Positions 1 to 11,400 of a stretch of 64,000 bases of DNA are shown piece after piece; position 1 is the first letter of the stretch, and every line of letters starts with the position of its first letter. The DNA lies in NCBI GenBank assembly GCA_033763315.1, contig JANRKS010000034.1, forward strand, positions 224,001 through 288,000, in the 5' to 3' direction. This stretch comes from Deltaproteobacteria bacterium (GTDB taxonomy: Bacteria; Myxococcota_A; Polyangia; Fen-1088). A program made the translations under genes and the position numbers. The notes under the pieces are model-generated. The model was not told where the DNA came from, ran no database searches, and saw only the letters and a list, made by a program, of their open reading frames with translations.

Positions 1-20
1 GCGTTCGTCGCAACATTGGC

Positions 21-1016
21 TTATACGGAATTGTCCTGCAGGCCGCGCCGCACGGCCAACGCGACGCCGCCCAACGTCCCCGCTTGGTCGCCGAGCAGCG
101 ACGGTTCAACGCGGATGTCGTCGGTGGGAAACATGCCAACGCGTTCTTTGATCACTTGCCGCACCGTCGCGAACAGGGGCTCGCCCAAACCTGCCACGCC
201 GCCGCCGATGACGATCATTTCGGGATGGATTGTGGTGATCGTGTTGGCGATGCCGATGCCCAAACACTGCGCGGCGCGCACGAGCGACGCTTGCACGCGA
301 TCATCGCCCGCGGCCGCGGCCTCGCCCAACAGTTTCACGCTGATTTTGCCAAAGTCGCCGCCCACCATGTCGTAAAGGCGGGGGGCTTGGCCGGAAAGCA
401 AGAGCCTCACACCTTCGGCTGTGAGGGCGGGGCCCGAGATGTAGAGTTCAAGGCAGCCGCGGTTGCCGCAGCCGCATCGCAAGCCGTTGGGATCAACCGT
501 TTGGTGGCCAAGCTCGCCCACCGATCCCGAACGGCCGAGCACAAGCTTACCGTCCATCACGATGCCGCCCCCAACCCCGGTGCCAAGCGCGTAAAAGGCA
601 AAGTTGCGCACGTGTTTGCCATGGCCATAAGCCAATTCCCCCAACGCGGCCATTCGGACGTCGTTGAGCAGATAAACGTCGCAGCCAAGCCGTGGGGCCA
701 GCCACTGGCGGACAGGCACGTTGCGCCACTGTGTGGTGAGGTTTGGCAAGAACAGCGTTTCGCCGGTCTGCAGGTTCGCCATACCGGGCACACCGATGCC
801 CAACGCCGCAGGACGCTGCCCCACCTTTTGAGCCAACGATTCGATCAAATCGCCGATGCGCGCCACCACGGCTTCGGGGCCTTCATATGAAAGCGTGGGC
901 ATGGTGCCCCGCGCGGCGATGCGGCCCTCTTCGTCCGCCAACACCGCAGCGATGTTTGTGCCGCCGAGATCGGCGCTGGCGAACAGCGGGCGTGATGCAG
1001 CAAGCGTCATGGTCAC
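21..1016 (-). CDS. ROK-family sugar kinase (glucokinase-like)
   Basis: ADLGGT ATP motif, NDVRMAALGE, GTGVGGG, GELGH, CGCGNRGCLE Zn motif; no N-terminal HTH. GTG at 1016 overlaps the upstream TGA (alternative ATG at 1010). Confidence 0.9.
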   Translation of the reverse strand: MTMTLAASRPLFASADLGGTNIAAVLADEEGRIAARGTMPTLSYEGPEAVVARIGDLIESLAQKVGQRPAALGIGVPGMANLQTGETLFLPNLTTQWRNVPVRQWLAPRLGCDVYLLNDVRMAALGELAYGHGKHVRNFAFYALGTGVGGGIVMDGKLVLGRSGSVGELGHQTVDPNGLRCGCGNRGCLELYISGPALTAEGVRLLLSGQAPRLYDMVGGDFGKISVKLLGEAAAAGDDRVQASLVRAAQCLGIGIANTITTIHPEMIVIGGGVAGLGEPLFATVRQVIKERVGMFPTDDIRVEPSLLGDQAGTLGGVALAVRRGLQDNSV

Positions 1017-1864
1017 ACACCCATCGGGTGCCACACGGTTTTCGTTTCAAGAAAGTCCGCGATCGACCACAGCGAAAGTTCCAAGGCCGCGGCCTCATCT
1101 TTGATAATCACGCGCTTGACGTTTTGACTGGCCGCTTGGGCCAACGCCACCCGCGCTTCGTCGTCAACGCCCGTGATGTCGATGGCATTGACGTCCATGT
1201 GCGCCGCCAAGCCCGGTGTGATCTCGGATTTGATGCCGCTGATGATGTTCACCACACCCGCGGGCACATCTGACGTCGCTAAGATTTCGCCCAAGGTGAT
1301 CGCAGCCAAAGGCCGCGTTTCCGATGGAATCACGACCACCGTGTTGCCGCACACAATCGCCGGCAAAACGCGCGCAAGCAACCCCTGCAACGCTGGTGTT
1401 TCAGGTGCCACCACACCGACCACCCCTGTGGCTTCGGGGAAGCTGAAGTTGAAGAATGGCCCTGCCACTGGATTCACGGTGCCGAGCACCATATGCACTT
1501 TATCGGCCCAGCCAGCGTAATACACGCACGTGTCAACGCAGGCTTCCACCTCGGCGCGCGCTTGTTTATCGGTAAGGCCCATCGCCATCAACTCTTCCGC
1601 AAGCTCGGCGCTGCGCGATTCGAGGCCCTCGGCAAGCCGGTACAGGATCTGCCCTCGGTTAAGCGTGGTGCGAGACGACCAATCGGCAAACGCTTTGCGC
1701 GCAGCTACCACGGCGTTGCGGATGTCTTTGCGCGAGCCTTTGCATGCGTTGGCCAGCAACTTGTCTCCCTTGGGTGAGCGAATGGCGTAATGACGGGCGG
1801 ATTCAGTGCGTGGGAACTGCCCACCGATGAACAACTTATAGGTCTTGCGAACTTGAAGGCGCAT
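1013..1864 (-). CDS. Short aldehyde dehydrogenase-family protein (NAD-binding half only, probably non-catalytic)
   Basis: KTYKLFIGGQFPRTES start, RGQILYRLAE, YYAGWADK, ends KTVWHPMGV. Lacks ELGGK and the catalytic Cys domain. Confidence 0.88.
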   Translation of the reverse strand: MRLQVRKTYKLFIGGQFPRTESARHYAIRSPKGDKLLANACKGSRKDIRNAVVAARKAFADWSSRTTLNRGQILYRLAEGLESRSAELAEELMAMGLTDKQARAEVEACVDTCVYYAGWADKVHMVLGTVNPVAGPFFNFSFPEATGVVGVVAPETPALQGLLARVLPAIVCGNTVVVIPSETRPLAAITLGEILATSDVPAGVVNIISGIKSEITPGLAAHMDVNAIDITGVDDEARVALAQAASQNVKRVIIKDEAAALELSLWSIADFLETKTVWHPMGV

Positions 1865-1879
1865 GGGTGTTTCCTGCCG

Positions 1880-3406
1880 TTATGAAAGTCGTACGTAAGG
1901 GTGTAGGCCCGCCATGCCGCCTTCGCGACCGAAGCCCGATTCCTTGTAGCCGCCAAACGGCGACGTTGGATCAAACTTGTTGTACGTGTTGGCCCAAATG
2001 ACGCCAGCGCGCAGTTTGGAAGCGATCTCGAGGATGCGTGAGCCCTTGTCCGTCCACACGCCTGCCGCCAAACCGTAGGGGCTATTGTTGGCGCGCGTGA
2101 GCGCTTCTTCGGGTGTGCGGAAGGTGAGCACCGAAAGCACCGGCCCAAAGATCTCCTCTTGAGCGATGCGGCTAGCTTGGGCCACACCTGTGAGCAACGA
2201 CGGGCGGTAGAAGAAGCCCTTGTCAGGCAGGGGGCACGAAGGCTGGTAAAGGTCGGCGCCTTCATCCACGCCCACTTGCACCAAGCTGCTGATCTTATCT
2301 AACTGAGCACGCGAGTTGATCGCGCCGATGTCGGTGTTTTTGTCCAGCGGATCACCCACGCGCAGCGTGGTCATGCGCGCTTTGAGTTTGGCAAGAAATG
2401 CATCGGCGATGCCTTCCTGCAAGAACAAGCGTGAGCCCGCACAACATACGTGGCCTTGGTTGAAGTAGATGCCGTTGATCACGCCTTCCACAGCCTGATC
2501 CAGTGGTGCATCGTCAAAGACGATGTTGGCGCTTTTGCCGCCCAATTCCAAGGTCAATCGCTTGCCCGTACCAGCGATCGCCTTTTGAATCAATTTGCCA
2601 ACTTCAGTTGAACCCGTGAAGGCCACCTTATTGATGTCGCCATGCTGAACGAGCGCCGCGCCTGTGGCAGGGCCGCCGGTCAGAATGTTCACAACGCCTG
2701 GAGGTAGATCGGCCTCTTGAATGACCTCTGCCAATAGGAGAGCCGTCAAAGGCGTGGTCTCCGCGGGCTTGAGCACCACCGTGTTGCCCGTGGCCAAGGC
2801 GGGCGCCAACTTCCACGCGGCCATCAACAACGGAAAGTTCCATGGGATCACTTGGCCTGCCACACCCAGGGGGCTCACAGTGCGTGCAGGGAACGCGTAA
2901 GGCAACTTGTCGGCCCAGCCGGCGTAGTGAAAGAAGTGGGCGTTTGCCAGCGGAATGTCGACGTCGCGCGATTCCTTGATGGGCTTGCCGCCGTTCATCG
3001 TTTCAACCAACATGAAGCGCTTGGCTTTTTCTTGGATGATGCGTGCGATGCGGAAAATGTATTTGCCGCGTTCAGCGCCGGGCATCTTCGACCAGTGTTT
3101 GTCGAACGCTTTGCGTGCCGACGCCACGGCCGTGGCCACGTCGGCGTCGCTGGCTTGCGCCACTTCGGCCAGCGGCTTTTCGGTGGCGGGGTTGATCGTG
3201 GTGAAGTAGGCGCCCGACTGTGGCGCGACGAACTTACCGTCGATGAATAAGTCGTAGCGCGGCGCGATCTGCGCGTCCGCGGTTGACTCAAGAGACGGGG
3301 CGTAGCTCCACATCTCACCTGCTGCACCGGGTGCCACACGTGCCAGGGTGGCCGCGTCGAGTGCAGTCTTGCCGTTGCTGCCGTTGTGCGTTTGTTTATC
3401 AAGCAT
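1880..3406 (-). CDS. NAD-dependent aldehyde dehydrogenase
   Basis: PWNFPL, LKPAE, FTGSTEVG, LELGGK (catalytic Glu), GHVCCAGS (catalytic Cys), EEIFGPV, PFGGYKESGFGREGG. Confidence 0.95.
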   Translation of the reverse strand: MLDKQTHNGSNGKTALDAATLARVAPGAAGEMWSYAPSLESTADAQIAPRYDLFIDGKFVAPQSGAYFTTINPATEKPLAEVAQASDADVATAVASARKAFDKHWSKMPGAERGKYIFRIARIIQEKAKRFMLVETMNGGKPIKESRDVDIPLANAHFFHYAGWADKLPYAFPARTVSPLGVAGQVIPWNFPLLMAAWKLAPALATGNTVVLKPAETTPLTALLLAEVIQEADLPPGVVNILTGGPATGAALVQHGDINKVAFTGSTEVGKLIQKAIAGTGKRLTLELGGKSANIVFDDAPLDQAVEGVINGIYFNQGHVCCAGSRLFLQEGIADAFLAKLKARMTTLRVGDPLDKNTDIGAINSRAQLDKISSLVQVGVDEGADLYQPSCPLPDKGFFYRPSLLTGVAQASRIAQEEIFGPVLSVLTFRTPEEALTRANNSPYGLAAGVWTDKGSRILEIASKLRAGVIWANTYNKFDPTSPFGGYKESGFGREGGMAGLHPYVRLS

Positions 3407-3433
3407 GAAGAAGCTCCGGGGGTGAAGTGATAG

Positions 3434-4405
3434 CTAGTCTTTGGAAAAGTAGTCGGGCGATTGGTACGCGCCTGTGGCCTGCGTGTGAATCTGCATCAGC
3501 AGATCGTTGACCAACGTGCTGGCGCCAAAGCGAAACAGATCCGGCGTCATCCAGGGGGCGCCCAGGGTTTCATAAACCAGCACCAAGTAGGCGAGGGCCG
3601 TCTTTGTGTCAGCGATGTTGCCGGCGGGCTTCATACCAATCATGCGGCCTGTGTAGCCGTAGAAGTCGCGGACGGCTTCCAACATCAACAAGGTGATCGG
3701 CGCCGTGGATTTGCCGTCGATCTTGCCTGTTGATGTTTTGATGAAATCGCCGCCCGCGCACATCGCGATGAAAGACGCTTGGCGAATGTTGTCGAACGTG
3801 CCGAGCTCGCCTGTCTCAAGGATGACCTTGAGGTGCGCGTCGCCGCAGGCTTCCTTCACCGCGGCGATCTCGTCGTAGACCGCTTGGTATTGGCCCGAGT
3901 GAAAGGCGCCACGGCTGATCACCATGTCGATTTCTTGGGCACCTGCGTCCACCGCTTGCCGCGTTTCCTCAAGCTTGATCGCCAGCGACGTTTGCCCGCT
4001 GGGAAAGCCCGTGGCCACCGAAGCCGTTTTCACTGTGCTGCCGGTGAGGAACTTGCGGACCAGCGGCACCATGGCCGGATACACGCAAACGGCAGCGCAG
4101 GATGGCATCGACCGGTCGAGCGGGTCGGGAGCGATCGCTTTGCGACACAACGACTCCACCTTACCGCGTGAGTCTTGGCCTTCGAGCGTGGTGATGTCCA
4201 CCATGCTGATGGCCAGCTTCATGCCCCAGATCTTGGATTGCTTCTTGATCGAGCGCTTCGACAGCGAAGCGGCACGTTCCTTCACAGCCACAGCGTCCAC
4301 GGGGGTGGACCAATTGAGCGCTTGCGTTAAGCCGATGTTCGGCAAAGGTGGCGTTTGGCTGTGGGGAATCACGGCTTTTCCGGCTGTGGTTTGAAGCTCA
4401 ATCAT
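3434..4405 (-). CDS. deoC: Deoxyribose-phosphate aldolase (long DeoC type)
   Basis: DITTLEGQD, AAVCVYP, VATGFPSG, GAQEIDMV, LKVILETGEL, FIKTSTGK (Schiff-base Lys), FRFGAS. Confidence 0.95.
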   Translation of the reverse strand: MIELQTTAGKAVIPHSQTPPLPNIGLTQALNWSTPVDAVAVKERAASLSKRSIKKQSKIWGMKLAISMVDITTLEGQDSRGKVESLCRKAIAPDPLDRSMPSCAAVCVYPAMVPLVRKFLTGSTVKTASVATGFPSGQTSLAIKLEETRQAVDAGAQEIDMVISRGAFHSGQYQAVYDEIAAVKEACGDAHLKVILETGELGTFDNIRQASFIAMCAGGDFIKTSTGKIDGKSTAPITLLMLEAVRDFYGYTGRMIGMKPAGNIADTKTALAYLVLVYETLGAPWMTPDLFRFGASTLVNDLLMQIHTQATGAYQSPDYFSKD

Positions 4406-4586
4406 GAAAAGGCCCTTCGCAGCGGGGTTAGGTACGACGATGTGGCTAAGCCACGTGTCCTGTTATGCGGTAGCGGACGTCACCAGTCAACGACGAGGTA
4501 ACGACGGTTCTCAAAAAGTGGCACCTGCGGTGCACGTGCGCGCTGAGCAAGCACGATGGCTTGGGCTTTGCAGCCTTGGATTCGCT

Positions 4587-5174
4587 ATGAAAAACGCCAG
4601 CTTTGGGTTTGCAATCTTCGCCTTGGCCGCTCTGGTTGCCTGTGGCAGTGACGACGGCGAAGGCGATTCTCCCTCGTCGCCGAGCGATCCGGGGCCGGTG
4701 CAGGGGCCAGTGGCCGCGACGGGCGCGTCGATTGAGCGTGGCCGTCCCGAGACGACCGTGGCCGGAACGAACCCAGGTGCAGGTGGGTCGGGTGAACCTG
4801 CACCCTCGGCCAACGGAGGCAACGGTGCCTCTGGCACAGGCCCCGCGTCGGACGCTGCGGCCAACAATCCCCCGCCGGCTGGCACCCCCCCGCCTGCCAC
4901 CAATCCGCCCCCCGCCAACAATCCACAGCCCGTGAGCGATCCGCCGCCGGGCACCAACGAATCGGACCCCGCGTGCGCGGGTAAAGCGGAAGGGGACGTG
5001 TGCGGCACTCCGTCTTGTCAAAGCGAGACGCACACAGTGCAAGGGCGCTGCGATAAGGAGCTCACCTGCGTTTACGTCAAGATCAAGTGTGACAAGTCGT
5101 GTGAGGGCGGGGTGTGCGTTGATGAGAAGCCCGGCAATGGCAAGGACGCGAGCGGCGGAAAGTCCAAGCCGTAA
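4587..5174 (+). CDS. Lipoprotein with Pro/Gly-rich linker and Cys-rich C-terminus
   Basis: MKNASFGFAIFALAALVA-C lipobox, low-complexity P/G/N linker, 8-Cys C-terminal module. Start moved from 4404 to the ATG at 4587. Confidence 0.7.
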   Translation: MKNASFGFAIFALAALVACGSDDGEGDSPSSPSDPGPVQGPVAATGASIERGRPETTVAGTNPGAGGSGEPAPSANGGNGASGTGPASDAAANNPPPAGTPPPATNPPPANNPQPVSDPPPGTNESDPACAGKAEGDVCGTPSCQSETHTVQGRCDKELTCVYVKIKCDKSCEGGVCVDEKPGNGKDASGGKSKP

Positions 5175-5406
5175 TGGCGCGGAAACGAAACGTGCGGCTT
5201 GGTTGTATGTCCGTGAAGTGGAACGCAAAGGTCGATCCCCAGCCTGCCAACCACTGAACGTGGTATGGGTGCGGGTTGCCGCACTTTCTCGAACCGCAAT
5301 GTCAGCAAGTTGAAGTCTGCGCTCCTGTGCAGATTGTCTGCAAGCCCAGTCCCTCTATCTGCAGAGAGCGGCTGGCCGGTGAACGCAAAAGCGAAGCGGC
5401 CAGGCT

Positions 5407-8400
5407 TTGAGAGCCACTCGCTTGGGTGTTGGGGCGCTTCTTGCACGTGCTGGGGGCGTTTTGGTACCCAAAGATTCCCAATCTGGCCTTCAAGCCGCTG
5501 TAGCACGCGCTCCACTGGAAGCGCCCTTTCGTTCAGAACTTTTCAGCGTTAGCCAACTCGAACACCACGCTCGAAGCTTGGCCGCCACTCATGAGGTGGG
5601 GCGCGTGGGCCGCGAGGCGGAGGATCTTTTGGGTCGCCTCGGCACAAACGCGCGCGTGCTCGCGCAGGCGTATTCGCAGGTTAGCGAGGCCATCACTCAG
5701 GGCAAGCGCATCACGCCCGCCGCTGAGTGGCTGCTGGATAACTATCACCTCATTGAAGAACAGGTGAGAACGGCGCGCCGGCACTTGCCGCGTGGTTACG
5801 TTCGTGAGCTGCCGTGTTTAACGAATTCAACATCGCCGGGGCGTCCGCGCGTCTACGACATCGCCATTGAACTTATCTCGCACGCCGATGGGCGCGTGGA
5901 TATGGAAGGGGTGCAAGCGTTCATCACGGCCTATCAAACCGTGACGCCGCTTGGATTAGGGGAGTTGTGGGCCATCCCCATCATGCTGCGTCTGGCGCTC
6001 ATCGAGAACCTTCGCCGCGTCTCTGTCGATGTGACGGCGGGGCAAAATGAACGCGCGCGCGCGTGCCTGTGGGCTGATCAGATGATCGCGATGGCCGCAA
6101 AAGAGCCGGGCAAGGTGGTGCTCGTGTTGGCGGACATGGTGCGTGACGTGACGTCACCCAGCAACGCCTTTGCCGCGGAGCTTGCGAGCCGCGTGCAGGC
6201 GCGCGGCCCCAGCCTGGCCATCGCGATGTCATGGCTTGAACAGCGCTTGGCCGAGCACGGGCAAACCGTGGAGCAGGTGTTTCAACTGACCAGTCAAACG
6301 CAAGCGTCAGCGCAAGTGTCTTTTGGCAACAGCATAGGCAGTTTGCGCTTTCTCGGTGCCACCGATTGGCGAGAGTTCGTTGAGGCCACCAGCGTGGTTG
6401 AGCACGCCTTGCGCACCGATCCCGCCGGTGTTTACCCGCAGATGGATTTCGCAACCCGCGATCGCTATCGGCACGTGGTGGAGCAAATCGCGAAGGCGAG
6501 CGATGTCACGCAAGCACAAGTGGCCTCTTGTGTTCTAGAGGCAGCGCGTGAACGCGATGCCGCTGGCGACAAGCGTGGTGCACACGTTGGCCATTTCTTG
6601 ATAGGCGAAGGGCACCTGCTTGTAGAGCGAGCCGTGTCTGCTCACTGGCCGTGGCTTCGCCGCGTAGGAAGCGTGTGCGAGCGGTTGCCCTTGCTGGTGT
6701 ACCTTGGTGCCATCGCGGCCACCACGGCCATTGCCACAAGCCCGTTGGTTTGGTGGGCCAAAGAACGCGGCTTCGATCGCGTGAGCTTGATCGCATGGTC
6801 CTTGTTGATCGCGTTGTGTGCCAGCCAAACCGCGTTGGCGTTGGTGCACTGGGCGGCCACAATTCTCGTCAAACCGCGGGTCTTGCCACGGTTGGATTTC
6901 TCCGAAGGCATTCCCCCGCAACACCGCACGGTGGTGGCGGTCCCCGCGCTGTTGACCGATCTGCGCGAAGTGGACGAGCTGCTCGAAGGTTTGGAAGTGC
7001 GCATGTTGGCCAACCGGGACAACAATGTTGTGTTCGCGTTGCTCACAGATCTTCGCGACGCCGCGGCTGAATCGGTGCAGGGTGATGCCGACGTCGTTGA
7101 GCGCGCGCGCGCGGGCATAACGACGCTCAATGAACGTTACGCAGGCCAAGCGGTGTTCTTCCTTTACCATCGCGATCGTCGCTTTAACCCGCGTGAAGGC
7201 GTGTGGATGGGATGGGAACGCAAGCGGGGAAAGCTTGAACAGTTTAACGAGGCCCTGCGCGGCGATGACAGTGGTTTCGCCCTCATCGTGGGGCCCAAAG
7301 CACAGATGGCCAACATAAAGTACGTGGTGGCGCTCGACGCCGACACACAGTTGCCGCGCGACGCTGCACGCTTGTTGGTGGGCACCCTGGCACACCCCTT
7401 GAACCGTCCTGTGTTTGATGACGCCGGGCGCGTGGTTTCGGGTTACAGTATTTTGCAACCGGGCCTTGGCATCACCATGCCCAGCGCGCGGCGATCGCTG
7501 TTTTCACGTTTGTTTGCCGGCGAATCAGGCATCGATCCGTATACGCGGGCGGTCTCCGACATTTACCAAGATCTGTTTGACGAAGGATCGTTTGTTGGCA
7601 AGGGAATCTATGATGTGGATGCGCTTCGCAAGGCGCTACGCAACCGTTTTCCAGAGAACCGCATCCTGAGCCACGACCTGCTTGAGGGCGCTCATGCACG
7701 CGCCGGCCTGGTGAGTGATGTGGTGCTGTTCGAGGACTATCCTTATGCCCACGCCGCGGACGTCAGCCGTCGCTCACGTTGGATCCGCGGCGATTGGCAA
7801 ATTACGCCTTGGTTGTGGCCGCGCGTGCCGTCCGCAGCATCTGGGCAACGTCTGCGCAATCCGTTGTCGGGCCTTTCACGTTGGAAGCTGTTAGACAACC
7901 TTCGCCGCAGCCTCTTGCCTGTGGCGTTGTTGGCGGCGCTGGTGATTGGCTGGCTGCTTCCGGGCGCGGCGCTGCTGCACACGCTCATAGTCGTTTCCAT
8001 CTTTGCGTTGCCGGGCTTGCTTACGGCGGCCACCGATCTGGCCAGACGCCCCAGCGACCTTCCGTTCAACTACCACGCGCTGAGCATCGCGCGCGCCCTC
8101 GCTCGGCAACTTCTGCGCGAGCTGTTCAACTTGGCGATGTTGCCTTACGACGCCTTTATAAGCATCGACGCCATCACGCGTACGGGCTTTCGTGTGTTGG
8201 TGAGCCACAAGCGCCTTTTGCAATGGCGCACGGCTAGCGACGCGCAACGCTCAGCCCACGCGGACGTCGCGGGTACCTACGTGTCCATGTGGAGTTTGCC
8301 GATCACCGCCATGGTTTTGGCCTTTGTGATCTTGCAACGCAACCCCGAGGCTTTGCCGGTGGCCGGATGTTTGTTGGCCCTGTGGATGTTCGCGCCTGCA

Positions 8401-11400
8401 GCCTCTTGGTGGGTGAGCCAACCGCTGCGGCCGGCGCAACCAGCGATGTCGAAAACCGATGTCGCGTTCTTGCGGATGGTGGCGCGGCGCACGTGGCGCT
8501 TCTTCGAGACATTCGTTGGTCCTGACGACAACGACTTGCCGCCCGACAACGTCCAGGAAGATCCGCCGCAGGGCATTGCTCACCGAACGTCCCCAACGAA
8601 CATTGGCATGTCGCTGTTGGCAAACCTGGCCGCGTTCGACTTTGGCTACATCGCTGGCAAAGAGGTGGTGGCCCGCACACAGCGAACGCTGGCGACCATG
8701 GATCGTTTGCAGCGGCACCGGGGCCACTTTTACAACTGGTATGATACCAAGACGCTTGAGCCCCTGCGCCCGCTTTACGTGTCAACGGTTGACAGCGGCA
8801 ATTTGGCAGGTCATTTGCTCACGTTGGCCGCGGGCCTCCGAGAGATGGAGACGGCGCCGGCTTTCTCGCCCGCCCGCGTCTTTGAAGGCCTGAGCACGAC
8901 GCTTGAAGTGATCATCGAAGTGGCTGGCACGCTTCCGACAGCGTCGGCTGAAGCTCTATCAGCGCTGCAGTCACAGGTACAGACGCAACCGGGCACGTTG
9001 CTGCAAGCCCACAACCAACTTCACACAATGGTGTCGCGGGCCGCCGAGCTGGCACAATCGGCTTTGGACGTGGTGGGCGACGAGACTCATTGGTGGATCG
9101 ACGCGTTTGAGTCGCAATGTCGTGGTTGGCTGGCTGAACTTGAAGCCTTGGCACCCTGGCTTTTGCTGTCGCCTCCGGAGATTCTGCTTGAACTGCCGGG
9201 TTTGACGCCGTTGGCGCTCGCGCGGCTTGAAGTTGGCAACGAAGCCATGCCCGCGCTGCGGGATGCCGTGGCTGCCAGTGCCGAGCGCGCCGCTTCACGC
9301 TTAACAGAGCTGCGTGCTCTGGGGGCGCGCTGCACTGAGCTTGCCGACCTCGAGTATGGCTTTCTCTACGACGACGCCCGCAGGTTGTTGTCGATAGGCT
9401 ACAACGTGGCCGACCACCGGCTCGACGCGAGCTTCTATGATCTGCTTGCTTCAGAAGCCCGCTTGGCCAGTTATGTGGCGATCGCACAGGGCAAACTTCC
9501 CCAAGAACATTGGTTTAGCCTGGGACGTTTGTTGACCACCTCCGCGGGCAAGCAGGCGCTGCTGTCGTGGAGCGGATCGATGTTTGAGTATTTGATGCCG
9601 TTGTTGGTGATGCCCACCTACGAGCAAACGCTGCTCGATGAAACCTATCGAGCGGTGGTTGAACGGCAAGTGGAGTATGGGCGCGAGCGAGGTGTGCCGT
9701 GGGGCGTATCTGAATCGGGATACAACAAAACCGACGCGCACCTCAACTATCAATACCGCGCGTTTGGTGTGCCAGGACTGGGCTTCAAGCGCGGCCTGGC
9801 CGATGATCTGGTTGTGGCGCCATACGCCAGTGCCATGGGCTTGATGATCAACCCGACCGCCTCATCCGCGAACCTACGCACGTTGGCGAAACAGGGCATC
9901 TTCGCGAGCTACGGCTTTTATGAAGCCATCGATTACACAACGCCGCGTTTGCCTCCCGGGCAGGACAGCGTGGTCGTCAAGTCGTTCATGGCTCACCACC
10001 AAGGCATGGCCCTTTTGTCACTCGTCTATCTGTTGTGTGAGCGGCCGATGCAACGGCGCTTCGCCTCGGACCCAGCGTTTTTAGCCACCGATCTTTTGCT
10101 GCAAGAGCGGGTGCCGAAGGCGACGGCGGTGTTCCCGCATTTGGCGGAGGTTGCCGCCTCGCGTGGACCGGCGGCCGAAAACAAGCCGAATCTGCGGTTT
10201 TTCAACACCTGGAACACGGAAGCACCCGAAGTTCACCTGCTTTCGAATGGGCAGTATCACGTGATGGTCACGAATGCGGGTGGTGGTTCAAGCCGCTGGC
10301 GCGATCTGTCTGTCACTCGTTGGCGCGAAGATCCCACGCGCGATCACTGGGGTACGTTCTGCTACGTCCGCGATCTGCAAACGGGAACGTTCTGGTCGGC
10401 CGCGCACCATCCGACACGGAAAGCGCCGTCAGGCTATGAGGTCATCTTTTCGGAAGGCCGCGCCGAATACCGCCGCCGCGATGGCGACATCGAAACGTTT
10501 ATGGAGATCAGCGTCTCCCCCGAAGACGACCTTGAATTGCGGCGCATCAGCATCACCAACCGTGGTGCCACGCCACGCCGGGTGGAGCTCACCAGCTACG
10601 CGGAAGTTGTGTTGGCGATGGCGGCTGCCGATGTGGCACATCCCGCCTTCAGCAATTTGTTTGTGCAAACCGAGCTACTGACGGACCGCCAGGCGATCTT
10701 GTGCACGCGCCGGCCGCGGTCCGGTGGCGAGCGGCCGCCGTGGATGATGCACTCGATGACCGTTCACGGCACAGCCTCGGGTGGCACATCCTTCGAAACG
10801 AGCCGCACGAACTTCATCGGCCGCGGCCGCACTGTGGCCGATCCCGTCGCTTTGCACGAACCTACGCTTGGCAACAGTGAGGGATCGGTGCTCGATCCCA
10901 TCGTGTCCATCCGCAACACGCTGGTTGTGCAACCTGATGAGACGTCTCACGTTCACATCGTCACGGGCATGGCCGAAACGCGTGAAGGCGCTTTGGCCCT
11001 GGTTGAAAAGTATCAAGATCGGCATCTGGCTGATCGTGTGTTCGAGCTGTCGTGGACGCAAAGCCAGGTGGTTCTGCGTCGCCTTGACGTGACAGAGGCT
11101 GACACACAATTGTTCGGTCGCTTGGCCAGCAACATCCTTTACGCCAATGCTGCGATGCGGGCGCCTGCCAGCGTGATTATGCGCAACCGCAGTGGCCAAT
11201 CGGGTCTGTGGGGGTATGGCATTTCGGGGGATCTACCGATTGTGTTGCTGCGCGTGGCGGATCTTTCGGCGCTGCCCCTGGTCAAGCAGCTTGTGCAAGC
11301 GCACGTGTATTGGCGCCTAAAGGGCCTGGCCACGGATCTTGTGATCTGGAACGACGATCAATCTGGTTACCGGCAAGAGCTGCACGATGGCATCATAAAC

